Shown here: positions 1 through 9,300 of the stretch, piece by piece
Layout: the number at the start of each line of letters is the position of its first letter
How positions within the stretch are numbered: position 1 is the first letter of the stretch
Origin: an uncultured Rhodobacterales bacterium
GTDB lineage: Bacteria > Pseudomonadota > Alphaproteobacteria > Rhodobacterales > Rhodobacteraceae
Length of the DNA: 39,143 nucleotides
Direction: 5' to 3'
NCBI GenBank assembly: GCA_964352995.1
Contig: CAYGUQ010000001.1
Span: forward strand, 1-39,143
Made by a program: the position numbers and the translations under genes
Notes under the pieces: generated by a model
The model's input: the letters and a program-made list of their open reading frames with translations, nothing else
What the model was told of the DNA's origin: nothing
Databases searched by the model: none

Positions 1-2
1 AC

Positions 3-839
3 GGCCAGACCCGCGGCACGCTCGACACGAAGGCTGCCGACGAGGACGGCGTGACCCGCCTGATGATCGGGCGCAGCCTCGACAAGTCCGCCCGCAAGGC
101 GGCGCCGGCGCCCGGCCCCGTGGCGCTGGAGGTCAGCGGCCTTTCCTGCGGAGACCTGTTCCGCGACATCTCCTTCACGCTGCGGCGCGGCGAGGTCGTC
201 GGCATGTACGGCCTCGTCGGGGCGGGGCGCACGGGGATCGCCGAGACCATCTTCGGCCTGCGCGCCAAGGACGGCGGCGAGATCCGCATCGACGGCGCGC
301 CGGTCGAGATTTCCGGCCCGCCCGACGCCATCCGCCACGGCGTCGCGCTCGCGCCCGAAAGCCGCAAGGAGCAGGGCCTCGTGCTCGGCATGAACTGCCG
401 CGACAACATGAGCCTCTCGCAGCTCGACGCAGTGTCGCGCGGCGGCTGGCTCGACCGCGGGGCCGAGCAGGCGATCTACGACGAATACGCCGCGCGCCTT
501 TCGCTCAAGACGCCGAGCTGGCGCACGCCGGTCCGCAACCTCTCCGGCGGCAACCAGCAGAAGGTCGTGCTCGGCAAATGGCTCGGCGTGAAGCCCCGCG
601 TGCTGATCGTGGACGAGCCGACCCGCGGCATCGACGTCGGCTCGAAGTCCGAGATCCACGCCCTTATCCGCCGGCTCGCCGCCGAGGGCATCGCGGTGCT
701 GGTCATCTCGTCGGAGATGCCGGAGGTGCTCGCCGTCTCCGACCGCATCCTCGCGCTCTACCATGGGCGGCTGGCGCGCGAATTCTCCGCCGCCGACGTC
801 ACCGAGGACGCGCTCGTCCAGGCGATCTCCGGCCTGTGA
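3..839 (+). CDS. Sugar (RbsA/MglA-type) ABC transporter ATP-binding protein, C-terminal part; 5' end lies outside the window
   Basis: Frame is open from the window edge. Degenerate Walker A GLVGAGRT, signature LSGGNQQK, Walker B LIVDEPTRGIDVG and ISSEMPE are typical of the second domain of CUT2 ATPases. Confidence 0.93.
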   Translation, partial: GQTRGTLDTKAADEDGVTRLMIGRSLDKSARKAAPAPGPVALEVSGLSCGDLFRDISFTLRRGEVVGMYGLVGAGRTGIAETIFGLRAKDGGEIRIDGAPVEISGPPDAIRHGVALAPESRKEQGLVLGMNCRDNMSLSQLDAVSRGGWLDRGAEQAIYDEYAARLSLKTPSWRTPVRNLSGGNQQKVVLGKWLGVKPRVLIVDEPTRGIDVGSKSEIHALIRRLAAEGIAVLVISSEMPEVLAVSDRILALYHGRLAREFSAADVTEDALVQAISGL

Positions 840-1726
840 CGGAGGCCCTGCGCATAGGATTCTGCGGGCTGGGCCGCATGGGGGCGCCGATGGCGGCGAA
901 CCTCTCGCGGCGCGGCTTCAGGCTGACGCTCTGGAACCGCACCGGCGCCAAGGCCGCGGCGCTGGCCGGCGACTTGGGCGCGCGCGTCGCGCCCACGCCC
1001 GCCGCGCTGGCCGCGGCCAGCGACGCGATCGTCTCCATGGTCGCCGACGACGCGGCGTCGCAGGCGCTGCATCTGGGGCCGCACGGTCTGGCCGAGGCCG
1101 CGTCGGGGCGGCTCTTCGTCGCCATGTCCACCGTCTCGCCGGCCCATGTGCGCGCGCTCGGCGCCGAACTGGCCGCGCGCGGCGGCGCGCTGATCGACGC
1201 GCCGGTTTCCGGCTCGGTGGCGGCGGCGGAAGCGGCCGAACTGCTCATCATGGCCGGCGGCGCGGCGCAGGACATCGAGCGCGCCCGGCCCGCCCTCGCC
1301 GCCATGGGCCGCGCGGTGCGCGAGACCGGCCCGCTCGGCTCGGCGGCGCACATGAAGATCGTCGTCAACTGCCTGATCCACGGCCTCAACCAGTCGGTCG
1401 CTGAGGCGATCACGCTCGCCGAGGCCGGCGGCGTCGACGCAAGCGCGGCCTACGGCGTGATCGAGGAGAGCGCCGCCGCCGCGCCGATGCTGGGCTACCG
1501 CAAGGCGCAGTATCTTCACGGGGCGTCGGCGCCGGTGAGCTTCGCTCTGAGCCTCGCCGCGAAGGACATGCGTCTCGCGCTCTCGCTGGCGGAAGAGGGC
1601 GGCGTCGCCATGCCTCAGGCCGAGATCACCCATGCGCTGCTCGCCCGCGCCGAGGCTTCCGGGCTCGGCGCGGCGGACATGGCGGCGATGCTGCGGTTCA
1701 TGCGCGAGGGAGGCGCTGCGCGATGA
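836..1726 (+). CDS. NAD(P)-dependent oxidoreductase, beta-hydroxyacid (3-hydroxyisobutyrate/tartronate semialdehyde) dehydrogenase family
   Basis: GTG start at 836 overlaps the previous TGA (GTGA). Motifs: [10 protein letters not shown] Rossmann fold, DAPVSGS, catalytic Lys in HMKIVVN, F-x-L-x-LAAKD. Confidence 0.9.
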   Translation: MTEALRIGFCGLGRMGAPMAANLSRRGFRLTLWNRTGAKAAALAGDLGARVAPTPAALAAASDAIVSMVADDAASQALHLGPHGLAEAASGRLFVAMSTVSPAHVRALGAELAARGGALIDAPVSGSVAAAEAAELLIMAGGAAQDIERARPALAAMGRAVRETGPLGSAAHMKIVVNCLIHGLNQSVAEAITLAEAGGVDASAAYGVIEESAAAAPMLGYRKAQYLHGASAPVSFALSLAAKDMRLALSLAEEGGVAMPQAEITHALLARAEASGLGAADMAAMLRFMREGGAAR

Positions 1727-2427
1727 AGGCGATGCTGTTCGTCGGCGGCTGGGAGGGGCACCGCCCCGAGGCGTTCCGCGTCTGGGCCGAGGGCCTGCTG
1801 GCGCCGGAAGGCTTCGAGGTCGTGAGCCATGACAGCCTCGCCCCGCTGGAGGACCCCGCCGCGATGGCCGACGTCGACCTGATCGTGCCGATCTGGTCCT
1901 CCGCCCGCTCCGCCCACCGGCCGGAGTTCGGGAACATGACCAAGGCGCAGGAGGACGGGCTGCTGGCGGCGGTCGCGCGCGGCTGCGGGCTCGCCGGCTG
2001 GCACGGCCACATGGGAGACGCCTTCCGCGACCGCCCGACCTACCACTTCCTCATCGGCGGCCAGTTCGTCGCGCACCCGCCCGGCTGGCCCGACAACCCC
2101 GTGCCGTCGGACGACTTCGTGGACTACGACGTGACCGTCACCCGGCCCGACCACCCGATCATGGCCGGGATCGACAGCTTCCGGCTGCATTCCGAGCAGT
2201 ACTACATGCTCGTCGACCCCTCCAACGACGTGCTCGCGACCACGACCTTCTCCGGCGAGCACCTGTGGTGGATCGAGGGCGCGCGCATTCCGGTCGTCTG
2301 GACGCGGCGGTGGGACAAGGGGCGCGTCTTCTACTGCTCGGTCGGCCACACGGTCGATGATCTGGAGACGCCGCAGGTCCGCGAGATCGTCCGCCGCGGC
2401 GCGCGCTGGGCGGCGCGGGCGCTGTGA
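1723..2427 (+). CDS. ThuA-like (glutamine amidotransferase-fold) protein
   Basis: ATGA overlap with the upstream gene. GGWEGHRP, GLAGWHG, GGQFVAHP, SEQYYM and GRVFYCSVGH match the ThuA family. Confidence 0.85.
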   Translation: MKAMLFVGGWEGHRPEAFRVWAEGLLAPEGFEVVSHDSLAPLEDPAAMADVDLIVPIWSSARSAHRPEFGNMTKAQEDGLLAAVARGCGLAGWHGHMGDAFRDRPTYHFLIGGQFVAHPPGWPDNPVPSDDFVDYDVTVTRPDHPIMAGIDSFRLHSEQYYMLVDPSNDVLATTTFSGEHLWWIEGARIPVVWTRRWDKGRVFYCSVGHTVDDLETPQVREIVRRGARWAARAL

Positions 2428-4238
2428 GCGGGCGCGGCGTCTCAGGCCGGCTCGACGCCGCGCTCGCGCGCCACGGCTTCGGCCCGGCGCCTCGGCGGCC
2501 GCGCGCGGCAGGCGAAGCGCCGCTCGCCGGCCCCGCCCTCAGCCCGGAGGAGATGCTGCGCTTCATCGACTTCGTGGAGGAGCTGGAGACCGAGGGCGAA
2601 CTCATCCTGCCCCATTTCACGCCCGATCCCTGCCTGCGCGTCACGCTGTTCCTGATGCGCAACCACCTCGACGGCAAGCTGACGACGATCTCCTCGCTCG
2701 CCATCGCCTCGGGCGCCCCCTACGCCACCGCGATGCGGCGCATCCAGGAGATGATCCGCGACGGCCTGATCGACCAGCGCCCGCGCTCGGCCACCGGCAA
2801 GACCTTCTCGCTGCACCCCTCGCCGGAGATGATCGCGGCGTGGAGCGACTACGCCCACCGCATCAAGGTCGTGATCGGCAAGGCCTTCGGGCTGGGCGAG
2901 AAGGGCAGCGCGCAGGACTACTACTTCGGCGGCTCCTACCTGAAGGCGCAGATCATCCCGCTGCCCGCCGCCCGCACCACGCCGCTCGGCGTCAGCGCGC
3001 CGCTGCGCATCCTCGTCCACGCCGACCCGACCTTCCTGGCGATGGACAGCCTCAAGCGCCAGTTCGAGCACATCCTCGGCGTCGCCATCCAGAACCGCGC
3101 CCTCTCCATAGACCGGCTGCGGCTGGAGACGCTGGCCAACGCCGAGCGCGCCGAGAGCGCCTACGACATCGTCGCCGTCGACCTCCCCTGGATCGGCGAA
3201 TGCGCCGAGAAGGGCGTGCTCGCCCCGCTCGACGAGATGGTGGCGCGCGAGGGCGTCAACCGCTCCGATTTCCAGGCCGCCGGCTGGCTCGGCTGCCTGC
3301 ATGACGGGCGGCAGTACGGCGTGCCGATCCAGACGACGCCGGAACTCCTGTTCTACCGCACCGATCTCTTCGCCGAAGCCGGCGTCGCGCCGCCGCGCAC
3401 CACCGACGAGATGCTGGCCGCCGCCCGCGTCCTGCACCGGCCCGAGCGCGGCCTGCGCGGCGTCGCGTGGAACGGCGCCCGCGGCACCCCGCTCGGCCAC
3501 AGCTTCATCTTCGCCATGGCCGATTTCGGCCAGCCGGTGATCGACCTCAAGCCCCGCGGCGACGGCTTCGACCCGATGGACCTGCGCGGCGAGCGCCTGC
3601 GCCCGATGATCGACACGGCCGCAGGGCTCGCCGCGGCGAGCTTCCTCAAGGAACTGCTCGACGTCTCGGCGCCGGGCGTGCTGGCGATGTCGTGGTTCGA
3701 GCGGGTGAAGGCCTACGCCGAGGGCGCCGTCGCCATGGCCTACGGCTATTCGCTGCTGGCGCCCTATTTCGAGCTCGACCCCGCCGCGCCCGCCCATGGC
3801 CGCACCGGCTACCTGCCGCACCCCTCGGGCTGCGGCGCCCGGCCCATCGCGCCGGTCGGCGGCTACGTCCTCGGCATCCCCGCCAATCTCGCGCCCGAAC
3901 GCCGGCAGGCGGTGGAGAAGTCCGTCCGCCTGCTCACCTCGGCGGAGGCCTGCAAGCTCTACTTCGTCAACGGCTCGCGGGTCTGCCCGCGCCACAGCGT
4001 CGCCGCCGACCCCGAGGTGCGCGCCCTCTCGCCCATCGTCGACGCGGTGGACGCGATGGCCCGCGACGGCGGCCTCCAGCTCTGGCCGCGCCCCGCCGCG
4101 CCCGATTTCGCCGACATCACCGCCGTGCTCGGCGAGGAGATGCACCAGATGCTGCGCGGGGAGAAATCCGTCCGCGCGGCGCTCGCCGACGCCCAGAACC
4201 GCGCCGACGTCGTGATGCGCGCGCGCGGCCGCTACTGA
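2424..4238 (+). CDS. Winged-helix DNA-binding domain fused to a carbohydrate-type ABC solute-binding domain; probable cytoplasmic regulator
   Basis: GTGA overlap. N-terminal wHTH (TISSLAIASGAPYATAMRRIQEMIRDGLI). C-terminal SBP_bac_1-like region (YDIVAVDLPWIGECAEKGVLAPLD, YGVPIQ, LFYRTDLF, PRTTDEM). No signal peptide or lipobox visible. Confidence 0.8.
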   Translation: MSGRGVSGRLDAALARHGFGPAPRRPRAAGEAPLAGPALSPEEMLRFIDFVEELETEGELILPHFTPDPCLRVTLFLMRNHLDGKLTTISSLAIASGAPYATAMRRIQEMIRDGLIDQRPRSATGKTFSLHPSPEMIAAWSDYAHRIKVVIGKAFGLGEKGSAQDYYFGGSYLKAQIIPLPAARTTPLGVSAPLRILVHADPTFLAMDSLKRQFEHILGVAIQNRALSIDRLRLETLANAERAESAYDIVAVDLPWIGECAEKGVLAPLDEMVAREGVNRSDFQAAGWLGCLHDGRQYGVPIQTTPELLFYRTDLFAEAGVAPPRTTDEMLAAARVLHRPERGLRGVAWNGARGTPLGHSFIFAMADFGQPVIDLKPRGDGFDPMDLRGERLRPMIDTAAGLAAASFLKELLDVSAPGVLAMSWFERVKAYAEGAVAMAYGYSLLAPYFELDPAAPAHGRTGYLPHPSGCGARPIAPVGGYVLGIPANLAPERRQAVEKSVRLLTSAEACKLYFVNGSRVCPRHSVAADPEVRALSPIVDAVDAMARDGGLQLWPRPAAPDFADITAVLGEEMHQMLRGEKSVRAALADAQNRADVVMRARGRY

Positions 4239-4257
4239 CACGCACAGGAGAACCGCC

Positions 4258-5553
4258 ATGGACGCGCTGAACCCCCGCATCCTCCGCCCCGAGGACCTCG
4301 ACCCCAACTGGCGCTGGGACCGGCACATTCCGAGCCATGGCCACACCGCGGTCGACTTCGAGCGCCGGGTGGACCACGACCGCCTGCGCCGCTACCGCCT
4401 CAGCCGCGCGCGCGAGGCGCTGAGGAACGCCCAGTGCGGCTCGCTGCTGCTCTTCGACGTCAACAATATCCGCTACGTCACCGCCACCAAGATCGGCGAG
4501 TGGGAGCGGGACAAGATGTGCCGCTTCGCGCTGCTGGCCGGCGACGACGAGCCCTTCGTGTGGGACTTCGGCTCCGCCGCCGTCCACCACAAGCTCAACT
4601 GCGACTGGCTGAACCCCGAGCACTGCCGCGCCGGCGTCGTCGGGATGCGCGGCACCATCCCGCCGAGCTTCGGGCTGATCAGGAAATACGCCGAGGAGAT
4701 CGCGGGGCTGATCCGCGACGCCGGCATGGCCGACATGCCGGTCGGCGTCGACTACGCCGAGACGGCGATGTTCTTCGCGCTGCAGGAGGCCGGCCTCAAG
4801 GTCGTTGACGGCCAGCAGGTCATGCTCGACGCCCGCGAGATCAAGAACCAGGACGAGATCATCCTGCTCAACCAGGCCGCCGCCATGGTCGACGGCTGCT
4901 ACCACATGATCTACGAGGAGCTTAAGCCCGGCGTGCGCGAATGCGACATCGTCGCGATGTCCAACAAGCTGCTCTACGAGATGGGCTCCGACGACGTCGA
5001 GGCGATCAACGCCATCTCCGGCGAGCGCTGCAACCCGCACCCGCACAACTTCACCGACCGGATGTTCCGGCCCGGCGATCAGGCGTTCTTCGACATCCTG
5101 CAGAGCTATCAGGGCTATCGCACCTGCTACTACCGCACCTTCAACATCGGCCGCGCGACGCCGGCGCAGAACGACGCCTATGTGAAGTGCCGCGACTGGC
5201 TCGACCACGCCATCTCGCTGATCAAGCCGGGCGTCAGCACCGACACGGTGGCGAAGGTCTGGCCGACGGCGGAGGAGCTTGGCTTTCCCGACGAGCTCTC
5301 CGCCTTCGGCCTCCAGTTCGGCCATGGGCTGGGGCTCGCGCTGCACGAGCGGCCGATCATCTCGCGCGCCTGCTCGCTCGACCAGCCGCAGGAGATCAAG
5401 ACCGGCATGGTCTTCGCGCTGGAGACCTACTGCCCGGCGGCCGACGGCTACTCCGCCGCCCGCATCGAGGAGGAGGTCGTCGTGACCGACAAGGGCTGCG
5501 AGGTCATCTCGCTGTTCCCCGCCGAGGAGCTGCCGATCGCCAACCGCTACTGA
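4258..5553 (+). CDS. M24 (Xaa-Pro peptidase/creatinase pita-bread fold) hydrolase
   Basis: RBS AGGAGA. Creatinase-like N-domain (NNIRYVT), AREIKNQDEI linker, GHGLGLALHE, GMVFALETY, ARIEEEVVVT. Confidence 0.88.
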   Translation: MDALNPRILRPEDLDPNWRWDRHIPSHGHTAVDFERRVDHDRLRRYRLSRAREALRNAQCGSLLLFDVNNIRYVTATKIGEWERDKMCRFALLAGDDEPFVWDFGSAAVHHKLNCDWLNPEHCRAGVVGMRGTIPPSFGLIRKYAEEIAGLIRDAGMADMPVGVDYAETAMFFALQEAGLKVVDGQQVMLDAREIKNQDEIILLNQAAAMVDGCYHMIYEELKPGVRECDIVAMSNKLLYEMGSDDVEAINAISGERCNPHPHNFTDRMFRPGDQAFFDILQSYQGYRTCYYRTFNIGRATPAQNDAYVKCRDWLDHAISLIKPGVSTDTVAKVWPTAEELGFPDELSAFGLQFGHGLGLALHERPIISRACSLDQPQEIKTGMVFALETYCPAADGYSAARIEEEVVVTDKGCEVISLFPAEELPIANRY

Positions 5554-5561
5554 GGGCGCAA

Positions 5562-5583
5562 GGCCGGGCGCGCGCGCCCGGCC
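5562..5583. terminator. GC-rich palindrome between convergent genes, possible bidirectional terminator
   Basis: GGCCGGGCGC-GC-GCGCCCGGCC is a perfect inverted repeat just after the M24 stop. No clear U-tract. Confidence 0.45.
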
Positions 5584-5598
5584 CCTCGGGTCTCGTCG

Positions 5599-6924
5599 TC
5601 AGTTCGCGACCGCCTGCGTTTCGTCCACCACCGCCTGATGCACGAGCTGCTTGATCATCCGGCGATAGTAGGCGCGCGTGGCGCCGGGCTGCTGGGTCAT
5701 CAGCACCGCCGCGATGCGCTCCTCGGGGTCGGCCCAGAAGAACGTGCCGCCGTAGCCCGCCCACATGAACTCGCCCTCGGAGCCCGGAACGCCCGCCACG
5801 CCGTCGGCCTCGCGCACCATGAAGCCCAGGCCGAAGGTGTAGCCCGGCACGCCCATCAGCAGTTCGCCCGGCTCCACCGGCTGAGCGATCTTCTCGCCCA
5901 GGTGGTCGGAGGTCATCAGCTTCACCGAGGTCGGGCTGAGGATGCGCGCGCCGTCGAGCGCGCCGCCGTTCAGCAGCATCTGCGTGAAGCGCAGGTAGTC
6001 GCCGGCGGTCGAGACGCCGCCCGCGCCGCCGCTGTCGTTGGCCGGCTGCCGCGAGACGTCGATCATCGCGTAGGGCTGGCCGGTCGCCGGATCGACGCCC
6101 GGCTCCACCAGCCGCATCGCCTCGTCCGCGTCCACGTAGAAGCCGGTGTCGTCCATGCCGAGCGGCCCGAACACCCGCGCCTCGAGGAAATCGCCGAGCC
6201 GCTGGCCCGACGCGGCCTCGACCACCCGGCCCAGAAGGTCGGAGGCGAGGCTGTATTCCCAGACCGAGCCCGGCTGGTGGACCAGCGGCGCCTTCGCCAG
6301 CGCGGCCACCTGCGCCGCCGGCTCGACCGACCGCGCGTCAAACGCCATGCCGCCGGGGTTGAACAGCCCGGCCTCGGCGTAGGCCGCCTTGACCGCCGCA
6401 TTGCCGGTCAACTCGCCATAGGCGAGCCCGCTGGTGTGGCGCAGCAGGTCCTGCACAGTCATCTGCCGCGCGGCCGGGACGGTGGCGTATGAGACGGTCC
6501 CGTAGACGTTCGCGCTGGCGACGCTGACGGGCGTGGAGGCGAACTCCGGCAGGAACTTCGAGACCGGGTCGGTGAGCTGAAGCTTCGCCTCCTCCATGAG
6601 GATCATCGCGGCGACCGAGACCAGCGGCTTGGTCATCGAGTAGATGCGGAAGACGCCGTCCTCGCCCATCGGCGCGTTGCCGGCGGGGTTCTGCGCGCCG
6701 AGCGCCGCGACATGGGCGAGCTGCCCGTCGCGCGCGACCATGATCACGGCGCCGGGCAGGGCGCCCTTGTCGATCTCGGCCTGAAACGCCGCGTCGATGC
6801 GCGCAAGGCGCTCAACCGACAGTCCTACCGCGGCCGGATCGGTCGTCGGCAGGGCCTGACCGGAGGCCGAGAGGGCGTGCGCCCCCGCGAGGGCCACGGA
6901 CAGCAGGAGAGTTCTGGCTAGCAT
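5599..6924 (-). CDS. Secreted serine hydrolase, beta-lactamase class C/EstB esterase family
   Basis: ATG at 6924 with GGAGG RBS. Sec signal peptide MLARTLLLSVALAGAHA. SxxK in FRIYSMTKP, LLRHTSGL, WEYS, WAGYGGT. Confidence 0.88.
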   Translation of the reverse strand: MLARTLLLSVALAGAHALSASGQALPTTDPAAVGLSVERLARIDAAFQAEIDKGALPGAVIMVARDGQLAHVAALGAQNPAGNAPMGEDGVFRIYSMTKPLVSVAAMILMEEAKLQLTDPVSKFLPEFASTPVSVASANVYGTVSYATVPAARQMTVQDLLRHTSGLAYGELTGNAAVKAAYAEAGLFNPGGMAFDARSVEPAAQVAALAKAPLVHQPGSVWEYSLASDLLGRVVEAASGQRLGDFLEARVFGPLGMDDTGFYVDADEAMRLVEPGVDPATGQPYAMIDVSRQPANDSGGAGGVSTAGDYLRFTQMLLNGGALDGARILSPTSVKLMTSDHLGEKIAQPVEPGELLMGVPGYTFGLGFMVREADGVAGVPGSEGEFMWAGYGGTFFWADPEERIAAVLMTQQPGATRAYYRRMIKQLVHQAVVDETQAVAN

Positions 6925-7296
6925 GGGGTTCCTCCATCGGGTCGCGGCGCATCTTTCTCGCACCGCTCCCGCCGCATGGAGAGGCGCTTCGGGCCGCCTC
7001 ACGGACGCCCGGACTCAGGTTGTCGGACCTCGGCGGGCGCCGCAAGGCGCATGCGCGCCGGGGTTGTGGACCGGAGGAACCTTCAGGCGGCGTTTTCAGG
7101 GCATTGAAGGGGCTTTTGCGGACCCATCGACGACATCGATGCGCTCAACCGCCTGTCGCGCGCGAGGACTTGGCGACGCCCCGCAAGCCTTTGGCATGCC
7201 GACGCTTTCAGAGACGCCTGAGCCGCCCTCGCAGGGCCCGCGCGCCCGCTGTCGCCAGCGCCTCGCCGCCTTTCGCGAAGCGCGACGACAAATCCG

Positions 7297-8196
7297 TCAG
7301 CACCAGTCGTAGGGCGTGTGCTGATAGAGTTCGTTGATCCAGTTGCCGAACAACAAGTGCGCATGGCTGCGCCAGCGGTTCTCCGGCACGCGGGCCGGAT
7401 CGTCGCCCGGAAAATAATTCACCGGCAATCCGATCTCCGTTCCCGCCTCCTGATCGCGCAGGAACTCCTCGGCCAAGGACGTCGTGTCGTATTCGATATG
7501 GTTGAACATGTAGAGCGCGTGCCGCTCCGGCTCCTCCACCAGCGCCGGCCCGGTGGCGGTGGAGGTCAGCAGCACCCGCACGCCAGCCGGAAGATCCTCT
7601 ACGCGCGTTTCCGTCCAACGGCTTACGGGGATCACGATGTCGTCCGACACCCCGCGCAGGATCGGCGCGCCGGGGGCGAGATTGCGATGCCGGAAGCACC
7701 CGAACGCCTTCGTCGGCAGGTCGCGCTTCGGCGTGCCGTGGAAATGGTGAAGCATCGCCTGCGCGCCCCAGCATATCGCGAAAGTTTCGCGCACGTTGGT
7801 TTGCGTCCAGTCGAAGACGGCGCGCAGCTCCTCCCAGTATCCGACCTCCTCGAACGGCATCCGCTCCACCGGCGCCCCGGTGACGATCAGGCCGTCGAAG
7901 CGCTGCTCCCGCGCCTCGGCGAAGGTGGTGTAGAACGCCTCCAGATGCTCCGACGGCGTGTTCCGGGACTTGTGCTCGGTCATCCGCAGCAGGGTGAACT
8001 CGATCTGAAGCGGCGTCGCGCCGATCAGCCGCGCGAACTGGGTCTCGGTTCGCACCTTGTTCGGCATGAGGTTGAGCAGCGCGATGCGCAGCGGGCGAAT
8101 GTCCTGCCGCGCCGCTGCGTCCGCCCCCAGCACCATCACGCCCTCGTCGCGCAGCACGTCGATGGCGGGCAGGTTCTCCGGAATCCGTATCGGCAT
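7297..8196 (-). CDS. metA: Homoserine O-acyltransferase (MetA family), probably acetyl-CoA specific
   Basis: [46 protein letters not shown], catalytic Cys in [27 protein letters not shown]. Confidence 0.96.
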   Translation of the reverse strand: MPIRIPENLPAIDVLRDEGVMVLGADAAARQDIRPLRIALLNLMPNKVRTETQFARLIGATPLQIEFTLLRMTEHKSRNTPSEHLEAFYTTFAEAREQRFDGLIVTGAPVERMPFEEVGYWEELRAVFDWTQTNVRETFAICWGAQAMLHHFHGTPKRDLPTKAFGCFRHRNLAPGAPILRGVSDDIVIPVSRWTETRVEDLPAGVRVLLTSTATGPALVEEPERHALYMFNHIEYDTTSLAEEFLRDQEAGTEIGLPVNYFPGDDPARVPENRWRSHAHLLFGNWINELYQHTPYDWC

Positions 8197-8239
8197 GGAG
8201 CGCGTCTCTCCTCGGCTGGACCTCTCGGCGCGGGCAGGT

Positions 8240-8268
8240 CAATTGCCGCCGAAATCGGTGGGAATCAA
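8240..8268 (-). promoter_or_regulatory. Possible sigma70-type promoter for metA
   Basis: Minus strand reads TTGATT-N17-CAATTG about 45 nt upstream of the metA ATG. Pattern match only. Confidence 0.3.
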
Positions 8269-8281
8269 GCTCCCGACACGC

Positions 8282-9178
8282 TTACCGCGCCACGGCCCCC
8301 TGCTCGGCCGCCATGGCGATGGCCTCTCCGATCAGGGCGTCGAAGCTTTCCGCCGAGCGCACGCGGGCGATGTCCGCCGCGTCGACGGTGACGCCCCAAT
8401 TGTCGCCGATCGCCGCATAGAGCGGCCGGCGATGCTCGACGATGCGGCGGAAGCCCCAGCGGGCGAAGGCGTCCGGATCGACCTCGTCCTCCTCGAGGCC
8501 GCCCTGGCCACGGTACTCCCGCCAGATCCGCCGCAGGAAATCCTCGTTGTAATACATGGGCTTGGGCGCCGCCGTGAAGCGCCGCACGAGTTCCTCGGCC
8601 ATCGCGTCGGTCTCGCGGATGCGCACCAGCAGCATCGCCTCCGAGAGCTGGACGAGCACGGGGTCCGTCGGGTCCGTCGGATCGACCACCTCGCAGATCG
8701 AGCCGCCGGTGTCGCCGACGACGTGATGATAGCCGTAGATGTCCCGCGCCTTCTCGATGAACTCCGGCGCGTCGAGCAGGGCCGAGATCTCCGCCTCGCG
8801 GTGCTGACGCTGCCGCCGGATGTACTCCTCGAAGGGCAGCCCGCCCCGCGCTGGATCGCCGGGCTTGCCGAGATAGGTGCTGAGCGGCGCGAGGTTCTCG
8901 AAGGTGATGTTCGACGCGATGTAGATCGAGTCGCTCATCAGCAACTCGCGCAGAAGGGGCGTCTGCATCGCCGCGCGCTTGAAGGCGTCGACGATCCTCT
9001 CGCCCATGTAGCGGGTGCCGATGCGGTAATCGACCGAGTAGTGGAACCAGTCGCCATGGCCGCGCAACATCTGCGCGATCGAGGTCTTGCCCACGCCGGA
9101 CATGCCGATCAGCGCCACGGCCTTCCGCGGCGCGGCGAGATAGCTTTCACGGTCGGGATAGATCAGGGGGCGACGCAT
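8282..9178 (-). CDS. P-loop NTPase/kinase-like protein of unknown function, upstream of metA
   Basis: Walker A GMSGVGKT, HYSVDYRIGTRY, DTGGSICEVVD, PKPMYY. Co-oriented with metA. Confidence 0.8.
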   Translation of the reverse strand: MRRPLIYPDRESYLAAPRKAVALIGMSGVGKTSIAQMLRGHGDWFHYSVDYRIGTRYMGERIVDAFKRAAMQTPLLRELLMSDSIYIASNITFENLAPLSTYLGKPGDPARGGLPFEEYIRRQRQHREAEISALLDAPEFIEKARDIYGYHHVVGDTGGSICEVVDPTDPTDPVLVQLSEAMLLVRIRETDAMAEELVRRFTAAPKPMYYNEDFLRRIWREYRGQGGLEEDEVDPDAFARWGFRRIVEHRRPLYAAIGDNWGVTVDAADIARVRSAESFDALIGEAIAMAAEQGAVAR

Positions 9179-9300
9179 CCTCAGCGGTTAACCCATTTGC
9201 GCCCGCTTGTCAGCCGGCGTTAATGCGCAGCGCTTGCGCCCGGGCGCTTCGCGCGTGATCGTTGCCGGAAACAACAACAGACGACGGGAGCGTAGACGCC

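Noticed and set aside
578-835. Long N-terminal extensions in the ORF track (e.g. starts 578, 7002, 10472, 14277, 14789, 17200, 22220, 31882, 34677)
   Set aside because: They overlap neighbouring genes or intergenic DNA and lack an RBS. Downstream starts with an RBS or stop-start overlap fit the family N-termini better.
6925-7296. Long intergenic region with CTCAGG, CTCTGAAAG and CCTGAAGG fragments reminiscent of a glycine riboswitch, plus short ORFs
   Set aside because: I could not assemble the conserved order and pairing of the aptamer, and the ORFs lack an RBS and motifs. An Infernal/Rfam scan would be decisive.
8197-8281. Possible SAM-II or SAM-SAH riboswitch upstream of metA
   Set aside because: Only short hairpins are present, with none of the conserved aptamer sequence I can recognise. 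The region fits a simple promoter plus RBS.
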